DNA of 64,000 nucleotides from the NCBI RefSeq assembly GCF_009914755.1, contig NC_060933.1. The stretch is one strand, 5' to 3'. The notes under the pieces were generated by a model. The model was not told the origin of the DNA and made no database searches. It saw only the letters and a program-made list of their open reading frames with translations. The DNA is from the human T2T-CHM13v2.0 reference genome, Homo sapiens. The number at the start of each line of letters is the position of its first letter. Position 1 is the first letter of the stretch. Positions 54,700-64,000 of this stretch are shown one piece after another. The position numbers and the translations under genes were made by a program.

Positions 54700-55628
54700 G
54701 AAGGGCAAAACTCTCTCAAACTGTGTTTTCCTCTGCTCTCACACAACACAACAATCATCATTACAGAAGGAGAATTCTATGGCCAAATATGTGGGGATTT
54801 TTCCTCACATACCAAGCAGCAGACACCAGTTGGGTGCCCTCCAATTCAATTCAGATACTTTACCTAGAGATAGTGTCAGATCCCACAGGTTTAAAGCTCA
54901 GTCCCCAAGACGGACCCATTACCCCAGATACCAGTCGCAAGTCTGGGCCCCTGAAACTTCCGATTGACCAACTTCAGTTTGTGGTTTCTGTGACCTTCTC
55001 TTTGGGTTTGATTAATTTGCTGGAGCAGCTCACAGAACTCAGGGAAAAACTTATTTTTGCCAGTTTATTAGAAAGGATAGTACAAAGACTACAGATAAAG
55101 AGATGCATAAGGTAAGGTATGGTGGAAGGTGCAGGGAGCTTCCATGCCCTCCCTGGGTATGCTATCCTCCAGGAATCTGGAGGAATCACAGGGTCAGTTT
55201 TCTGGAATCGCCGAACTCTGTCCTTTGGGTCTTTATGGAGACTTAATTGGTTCACTGAAACATGGACAATTGCATCAAAATGTAATTGGATGAAAAGGGT
55301 ATGATCTAAACCCAGCAAGTCGTGTCTGTTAGGTCCTTCTTAGTCTTTGTGCAACATATCTTCTTCCAGAGTATGGGGCAGGACCCTCTCTGGAATGAGG
55401 GTCTTATGACCCACAATCAGATTAAAGTCCTGACATGGGCAGGTAAAAGAAGGACAGGAGAGGGTCAGAGAGAGAGATTTTGTTTCCTGAGGTCGCTTCT
55501 AAGGCCCAAATTGCCCCAACATTATAACAAAATACTGTAACAATGGTTATGAGAGTTATGAGCTACGAACTGTGAATGAAAAAATATATATATATTCATA
55601 TATATGCCTATATATATTAGATATCATA
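54700..55628 (-). mobile_element. MER21A-like LTR
   Basis: GTCAGATCCCACAGGTT...GCTCAGTCCCCAAGAC...GAGCAGCTCACAGAACTCAGGGAAA...CCCAACATTATAACAAAA. Confidence 0.85.
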
Positions 55629-55869
55629 CTTTCTATATTGAGGAAAATTTAGACTATTTCCTTATAAAACACCACAATTTTTAATAAATGTATTTATTAG
55701 AATTTATGTAAGTATATAGGGAAAATAGTAGGGGAAATACTATATTACATGGTATATGCCTTTTGGTTGTTCCAAACTGTCCTCCTGAGCCACTGAACCA
55801 AACTGCATTATCACTGGCAGTTTATGAGAGTAACTGATTTGTCACACCCTCAAGAACATTGATAGTGTC

Positions 55870-55965
55870 TGTGGGACAGATTCTATTTTTCAAAGATGGC
55901 TGCAACATATCTCTGACCCCATATGCTTTTCTTACAATGTACTTTAACAGTCCTCCATTAAGAGC
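55870..55965 (+). mobile_element. 5' stub of an MLT1G/H-like LTR
   Basis: TGTGG...TTTTCAAAGATGGCTGCAACA...CCTCCATTAAGAG. Confidence 0.6.
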
Positions 55966-55972
55966 TATGCTT

Positions 55973-56073
55973 GGCTGGGCATGTTGGCTCATGCCTGTAA
56001 TCCCAGCACTTTGAAAGGCCAAGGCAGGCAGATCACCTGAGATCAGGAGATCAAGTCCAGCCTCGCCAACATG
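55973..56073 (+). mobile_element. AluS left-arm stub, 3'-deleted
   Basis: First ~100 nt of Alu, ending at CCAACATG; no linker, right arm or tail. Confidence 0.9.
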
Positions 56074-56483
56074 ATATATAGCTCAGGCTATCACCTTATA
56101 GATAGCATATTTCTTAGATGGTGTCTAAACTCTCAATACTTCTCCAGAAAGTTCATAAAAAAGAACCCTACCATGGGGGAATCCATAGAAAAGAAAGGAG
56201 GGAGAGCTATCAACTCCACACTTCTGAGTTGTATCAGCCAGCTTCTCAATAATCTCCCAGAAATCCAGGCACCCAACCGTAGGTGGGCTGTTTTTCTCCA
56301 AGTCTGAAAGTGAAAGGTGGCCCCACATAGGTGGGCATCAAATGATAAAGAAGAAAGCAGTCCTGCTACAGAAAATTTTTGTCTCAATACTTTAGTATTA
56401 TTTGTTAGTTTCTTCTTTCCTTTACAAACTTGATGCAAATTGCATGAGATTTGTCTATCTTATTAATCATTTCAAAGAACAAT

Positions 56484-56862
56484 TTTATGGACTGAATGTT
56501 TGTGTCTCACTAAAATTCATATGTTGAGATCTAATCTCTAGTGCAATGGTATTAGGAGGTGGGGCCTTCAAGATGTAATTAGGAGTAGGAGAGGTCATAA
56601 AGGTGGAGTCCTCATGAATAAAATTAATGCCTATAAGAGTCACATGACAGTGCTTTCATTCTCTGCCCTACTCTCCACCATGTGATGATACAATGAGACA
56701 CTGGCCGTCTGCAACTTAGAAGAAGGCCCTCACAAGAGCCCAACCATGCTGCCAAACTAATGTTGAATTTCCACCCTTCAGAACTGTAAGAAATACATTT
56801 CTGCTGTTTATAAGCTACCCAATTTGTGGTATTTTGTTATAGCAGCCCAAGCCAACTAAGAC
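56484..56862 (+). mobile_element. MLT1A-like solo LTR
   Basis: TATGGACTGAATGTTTGTGTC...AGAACTGTAAGAAATA...AACTAAGACA. Confidence 0.9.
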
Positions 56863-57047
56863 AGGTTTCATTAAAACTTTAACAATTTCTCTTTTCTTTG
56901 TTTTTTATTATATTTTTCTTTTCTTATTCTTATTTAACTCTATGATTCTTTTCCTGGTTGTGTGAGTCGAATATATAACCGATGTATTTTAAAAATCATA
57001 TTGCTATTGAAGAAATTTATTTAAGATTATAAATGTTAATATAATTA

Positions 57048-59414
57048 CAGGTATAGCTCTAGATATTGTGGGTTTGGTTTCAAACTATAATGATGAAGTA
57101 AATATAAAAATAAAGCAAGTCACACAAATTTTTGGTTTCCCAGTACATATAAAAGTTTTGTTTATACTTATGTAGTCTATCAGATGTGAAAAAATAATGT
57201 ACCTATCTTAATTAAAATGTTTTATTGCTAAAAATGCTAACAATCGTCTAAGGCTTCAGCCTGTCATAAACTTTTGCTGGTGGAGGGTTGCCTCCATGTT
57301 CATGGCTGCTGACTGATCAGGGTGATGCTTGCTGAAGGTTGGGGTGGCTGTGGGAATTTCTTAAAATAACAATGAAATTTGCCCCATTGATTGACTTCTT
57401 CTTTCAGGAAAGATTTCTCTGCAGTATGTGATGCTGTTGGATAGCATCTTACCCAAAGTAGAACTTCTTTCAAAAGTAAAGACAATCCACTGAAATGCTG
57501 TCACTGCCTTATCTACTGAGTTTATGTAATATTCTAAATCTGTTGTTGTAATCTTAACAATGTTCAAAGCATCTTTACAAGCAGTAAATTTCATCTCAAG
57601 AAAGCACTTTGTTTTTTGCTTATTCATAAGAAGCAACTCCTCATCTGTTCAAGCTTGTCATGAGATTGCAGCAATTCAGTCACATCTTCAGTCTCCACTT
57701 CTAGTTCTCTTACTGTTTTCACCACATCTGCAGTTACTTTCTCCATCGAAATCTTGAACCTCTCAAAGACATCCATGAGGGTTGAAATCAGCTTCTTCAA
57801 CTCTCCTGTTAATGTTGATATTTTGACCTCCTCCCGTGAATCATGAATGTTCTTAATGACATCAAGATGGTGAATACTTTCTGGAAGGTTTTTAATTTAC
57901 GATGCCCAGATCCATCATGGGAATAACAACCTATGACAGCTATAGCCTTACAAAAAAATTTCTTAAATAATAATTCTTAAAAAATATAAATTTCTCCTTA
58001 ATCCACGGGCTTCTGAATGGATGCTGTGTTGATAAACATAACAACATTTATCTCCTTGTACATCTCCATCAGAGATCTTAGGTGACCATTACCATTAATG
58101 AGCAGTAATGTTTTGATGGAAATCTTTTTTTTTTTCCCCTGAGGAGTAGGCCTCAATAATAAAGAAAACTGAGTAAAATATTCAGTAAACCATGCTATAA
58201 GCAGACATGTTGTCATCCAGGCTTTATTGTTCCATTTATAGAGCACAGGCAGAGTAAATACAGCATAATGCTTAAGGGCTCTAGGGTTTTCAGAATGGTA
58301 AATTAACATTGGCTCCAACTTAAAGTCACCAGTTGCATTAGTCCCTAACAAGAGAGTCAGCCTGTTCTTTGAAGCTTTGAAGCCAGACGTTGACTTCTCC
58401 TCTCTTGCTAGAAAGCCCTAGATAACATCTTCTTCCAATGGAAAGCTGTTATGTCAACATTGAAAATTTGTTGTTTTGTGTAGCCACCTTCATCCATTGT
58501 CTTAGCTAGATCTGAACAATTTGCTGCAGCTTCTACATCAGCACTTGTTGCTTCGCCTTGCACTGTTTTGTTATGGAGATGACTTCTTTCCTTAAATCTC
58601 ATGAAGCAACCTCTGTTAGTCTCAAACTTATTCTGTAGCTTCTTCACTTCTTTTAGCCTTTACAAAATTGAAGAGAGTTAGGGCCCTACTCTGGATTAGG
58701 TTTGGGTTTAAGGAAATGTAGTTGGCTTGATCTTCTATCCAGACCCATCAACTTTATATATCATCAGTAAGCCTGTTTCACTTTTTTACCATTCATGCAT
58801 TCACTAGAGTGCATGGCCTCTTTCAAGAACTTCTGGTCTCTTTCAAGAACTTTTCTTTAGTACTCACAATTTGGCCGTTTGGCACAAAAGGTCTCCCTTT
58901 TGGCCTATCTCAGCTTTTGAGATGTCTTCCACAATAAGGCATGATTGTCTACCTTTTAATTTAAAGTTAAAGATGTGCGATCTTTCCTTTCTCTTGAACA
59001 CTTGGAGGTCTTTGTAGTGTTATTAACTGACCTAATTTTAATATTATTGTGTCTTAGGGAGTAGGGAGGCCTGAGGAGAGAGAGATAGGGGAACAGCCAG
59101 TGAATAGAGTTCTTAGAACACATGAAACATTAATCAATTAAGTTCACTGTCTTATGTAGGTGCATTTGTGAAGTCTCAATAGTAACATCAAAGATCAAAG
59201 CTCATTGGTCACGGATCATTATAACAGTCATAATAATAATAAAAGAGTTTGAAATATTGGGAGAATAACCAACATGTGATACAAAGACACAAATTGAGCA
59301 CATGCTGTTAGAAAAAAGAATTACTCAAGGCAGTGTTGCCACAAACCTTCATTTTGTAAAAAAGGCAATATTGCAAAGCACAATACAGTGAAATACAATA
59401 AAATTGTATGCCTA
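57048..59414 (-). mobile_element. Near full-length Tigger1 with decayed pogo-like transposase
   Basis: TA-flanked termini CAGGTATA.../...GTATGCCT. Minus-strand ORFs [19 protein letters not shown]...FNVD (58408-58647) and [25 protein letters not shown] (57998-58351). Confidence 0.95.
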
Positions 59415-60232
59415 TACCATTTTTTGTTTTGATAGTTATTACTTTTATTATCATTAGTTATAAATGTTTTTAGCTTTCCATTTTTAGCAATTCATGAACA
59501 TGATTCAATGTTTTAGTCATGAATTATTTTGACATGCATCATTTTATTTTCAAACTTTTATTACTAACATTTATACTATTTGTTTCTAACTTAGTGACAT
59601 TGAGAATCCTGGTTTCAGATTACAATGCAATTAAATAAGAAACTAATTTTAAATAAATTCAATTTGAAAGAACTCATCATTGTTCAAATATCTCATTTAT
59701 AATATATTTTCTTATTTGTGTATTCTTTTCGCTATCCTTATTTTTGCTTATTGTTTCTTTTTACTTTACTCCTGCATTCAGTTAGATAGATAAATTTTTC
59801 AATTTAATTCTTTTATTTTGTTCATATGGAAGTGGATTTTTTTCTTATTGTCTTAGTAGTTTTCCTTAAACACTTAACATAATGTTTACATACAAATATT
59901 TCTTCAAATGTCTAAAGGCATTCAGCATCTCAAACTTAAAGTGTAAACAACTATGTTTTCCACTTCAAATAACTATTTGAAGAAACTTATTTTCATAATA
60001 TTTCTTAAACAAGTTCCTCTTCCAGCTACTAGTCATTTTTCTGCCTCCATTTGCAGTACTTTCTCCTGGAAAGTGTTATCTATTTCCATTCTCTTTCAAA
60101 TTTACACTCATTAGGCTTTTATTTCAACCATTGTAAGGTCAGTAGTTCTCAAAGTTAGCAATGACCTTCTTATTGCTAAATGTGTTAGTCTTTTATTTGT
60201 ACTCATCTTATTAATCAAATGCATTTGGTCAG

Positions 60233-60652
60233 TGATACAGTTTGAATGTTTGTCTCTTCCAAATCTCATGTTGAAATGTGATTCCCATTGTTGGAGGTGG
60301 GGCATAATGGGAGGTGTTTGGCTATGAGGGTGAACTTCTCATGAATGGCTTGGTGCTGTCTCTAGGGTAATAAGTGAGTTCTCACTCTTAGTTCTTGTGA
60401 GAGCTGGTTGTTTAAAGGATCTTGGCACTTCTCCCTTGCTCTCTCTTGCTCCTGCTCTCATCATGTGATGCACATCCTCCACCTTCACATTCTGCCATGA
60501 TTGTGAGCTTGTTGAGGCCCCTACCAGAAGCAGATGCTTCCGTTATGCTTTCTGTACCTGTTGCAGAACTTTGAGTGAATTAAACCTCTTTTTAAAATGC
60601 ATTACCCAGCCTCAGGTATTACTTTATAGTAACACAAGGATGGACTAATACA
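60233..60652 (+). mobile_element. MSTB-like solo LTR inserted into an L2 fragment (~60000-60730)
   Basis: TGATACAGTTTGAATG...AAATCTCATGTTGAAATGTGAT...ATTACCCAGCCTCAGGTATT...GGACTAATACA. Confidence 0.9.
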
Positions 60653-60729
60653 ATCAATTACTTTCCCTTGGTACTCATTATTTACTTGGCTTCTATCACA
60701 TCCTCTTTACTTTCTTTCTAGCTCACTCG

Positions 60730-61105
60730 TGTCAAAGAAAACTTACAGCAGGCCACTTAAACAGAGAAGCAAGAAGATCACTCAATAGGTATCAAGGCTT
60801 TTGCAATAAGGGAGAGAGATTGAACTGAATCAATCTCTGATTGAGCTGAAACAAAGGGCAGGAGGATTTCCAAGAGCTGGGTATGCTATTGGAGAAGTAG
60901 TGGAGGATGAACTTTAGTGGAGAGGTTTGGTCAATGTGATTAGGTCATTTGTGTTTGCTGCTTAGCACTTATCAAAATTAGGCTCTTGCTCTTCCAGACA
61001 GACTGGGAGATCGGGGTGCTTTCTTCCTCCATGATTACATTTCAAAGAGATGGCTCTAAGGTCCTTGAGAAAGACATTCTTGGTTGGAAAAGCTGGAAAG
61101 AAGAT
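60730..61105 (-). mobile_element. ERV1-class LTR fragment (MER67-like)
   Basis: TGTCAA terminus; GATTACATTTCAAAGAGATGGCTC...GGTCCTTGAGAAAGACATTC. Confidence 0.6.
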
Positions 61106-61312
61106 AGGAAAAAGCATTTGGCAAAATTCAACACCCTTTCATGATAAAACACTAACAAAACTAGTAATAGAAGGAAATTACCTTAACATAACAAAGGTTG
61201 TATATGAAGAGCCCACAGTAAAGATCATACTCGATGACGAAAAACTGAAAGCTTTTCCTTTAAGATAAAGGACAGTACAAGGTAGCTGTTACCCTTTCTA
61301 TTCAAAATAATA

Positions 61313-61642
61313 TGGGTTGGATATCCCTCATCTGAAATACTTTATTCCAGAAGTGTTTTGGATTTTAGATTTTGTAATATTTTTGCATCTTCATAATGAG
61401 ATATCGTGAGGATGGGACCCAAGTCCTGAACAATAACTCTATTTCTGTTTTATAAACACCTTATACACATACCTAAAGATAATTTTATATATTTGTAATA
61501 ATTTTGTTCATGAAGCAAACTTTGTGTATGTGAAATTAGGTGTGGAATTTTCCATTTGTGGCACCATATTGGTGCCCAAAATGTTTTTTTTTTTTTGTAA
61601 CATTCCAGAGTCCGAATTTTTGGATTAGAAATGATCAACCTG
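61313..61642. mobile_element. Tigger4b-like MITE
   Basis: TA-flanked termini (TGGGTTGGATATCCC.../...GATCAACCTG); AGGTGTGGAATTTTCCA. Confidence 0.85.
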
Positions 61643-63361
61643 TATTAGGAGACTTGGCCAGATAAACTAGGCAAGAAAAATAAGCAAAAAGTATCCAAAT
61701 AAGAAAGGCGCAGAAAAGATCCTACTAGGATGGCCATTATAAACAAAAGCAAACAGACAGACAGAAAATAACAAGTGCTGATAGGGATGTGAAGAAATAG
61801 GAAACTTTCTTGCACTGTTTTTGGGAATGTAAAATGATGTAGCTGCTATGAAAAACAGTATGGAAGTTCCTCAAAAACATAAAAATAAAACTACCATATG
61901 TGATTATTTATCTATGTGAAAATTATCTACATTTATAGATGATATGATCTTATATGTAGAACACTCTAAAGATTCCACAAAAACTGTTAGAACTAATAAA
62001 TGAATCCAGTAAAGTAGCAAGATATAAAATTAACATGTAAAAATCAGTTGTATTTTCATATACTAACAGCAAACAATCTGAGAACAAAGTAATAGCATAT
62101 ACAATAGTATACAAATAGTATAACAAAATACTTGGAAATAAAGTTAACTAAAAGGGCAAAAAACTTGTATGCTGAAAACTACAAACTGTTGCTGAAATAA
62201 TTTAAAGAAACACAAATAAATAGAAAGACATACCATGCTCTTGCATTGGAAGATTTAATATTGTTAAAATGTATATGGTACCCCAAACAAACAGCAGATT
62301 CAATACAATTCCTATAAAAATTCCCAAGTCATTTTTTTCAGAGATAGGAAAAAAAATCCTAAAATTCACATGGAACTACAAAAAATCCCATGTAAAAACA
62401 ATAATAGGAAATAAGAACAAAGCTGGAGTTCTCAAACTTCTTGCCTTCAAAACACGTTACAAATCTTTAGTAATCAAAACCATATGATACTGGCAAAAAG
62501 GCAGACATATAAACCAATGGAACATAATAGAGAACCCAAAAATAAACCCACATATATACAGTTAATTGGTGATCAACCAGAATGCCAAGACTACACAATG
62601 AGGACAGAATAGTGTTTTCTACAAATGATATTGGGAAAACTGGATATCCACAGGGAAGAGAATGAAATTGGACCTGTATCATACATGATATACAAAAGTA
62701 AACTCAAAATATATTAAAGACAATGTAAGAACTGAAATGTAAAACTCTTAGACAATAATACAGGGGAAAACTTCATAACATTGGTCTTGCCAATGATGTC
62801 TTGGATATGACACCAAATGCACAGACAACAAAAGCAGAAATCGACAACTGGGATTGTATCAAGTCAAAGAGCTGCATGGCAAAAGGAAAAATCAACAGTA
62901 AAACAATGAAAAGGCAACTTATGAAATGGCAGAAAATACTTGCAATGCATATATCTGGTGAGGAGTTAATATCAATAGTATATACAAAATTTCTAAAACT
63001 TGACCAAAAATTCCCAAATAATCCCGCTAAAAACCAGGCAAAGAAGTTGAGTAGACATTTCTCCAAAGATGACATACAAATCCCAACAAATATATGAAAA
63101 AATACTCAGCATCACTAATCATCAGGGAAATCAAATCAAAACTACAGTGAGATAGCATCTCACTCCTATTAGGATGGTCATTATAAACAAAACAAAACAG
63201 ACAAAATAACAAGTGTTGACAAGGAAGTAAAAAAATAGGAACCCTTTTTGCAGTGTTGGTGGGAATGTAAAATGATGCAGCTGCTATGAAAAACAGTATG
63301 GAAATTCCTCAAAAAAAAATAAATAAAACTACCATATGTGATCCAGTAATCTCACTTCTGA

Positions 63362-63752
<391 letters not shown>

Positions 63753-64000
63753 TATTACAGCATTATTTACAATAGTCAAGAAGTGAAAACAATCTAAATG
63801 TTTATTGATGTGTGGATAAAGGAAATGTGGCATATATATACGCACATATTTTATATATATAAAACTATATAATATATATAACTATATATGTGTATATATA
63901 ATAAAATATTATTCAGCCTTAAAAAAACGAAGGAAATGCTGTCATATGCTACAATATTGGTGAACTATGAGGATGTTATTCTAAGTGAAATAAGCCAGCC

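Noticed and set aside
54655-55540. Several overlapping ORFs
   Set aside because: All lie inside the MER21-like LTR.

Overview
AT-rich primate genomic DNA, probably human-like (AluY/S/J and L1PA elements are present). It looks intronic or intergenic and is dominated by transposable-element relics: L1PA/PB/MA/MC/M, L2, L3/CR1, MIR, Alu, MaLR and ERV LTRs, and Tigger/hAT DNA transposons. I recognise no host protein-coding gene, tRNA, rRNA, CRISPR array or CpG island. Nearly all long ORFs in the track are dead L1 ORF1/ORF2 or Tigger transposase fragments. Most notable: (1) a head-to-tail fusion of a 3'-deleted L1PA5-like element (promoter intact) onto a 5'-deleted L1PA8-like element at 4935/4936; (2) that L1's antisense promoter carries a GTAAGT donor facing several + strand acceptor/donor pairs; (3) candidate minus-strand exons at 48.4-50.6 kb and 29.1-30.2 kb, possibly a spliced lncRNA; (4) a CCAAT/GATA/X-box-like cluster at 26.7 kb upstream of an open 96-nt candidate exon; (5) a twin-primed inverted L1, an in-cis 185-bp duplication inside an old L1, and several small templated repair scars; (6) a well-preserved CR1 RT fragment and TE-free, enhancer-like islands. 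Repeat subfamily names come from remembered consensus sequences and need RepeatMasker/Dfam confirmation. Exon and enhancer calls are hypotheses. I cannot claim a new biological system from sequence alone.
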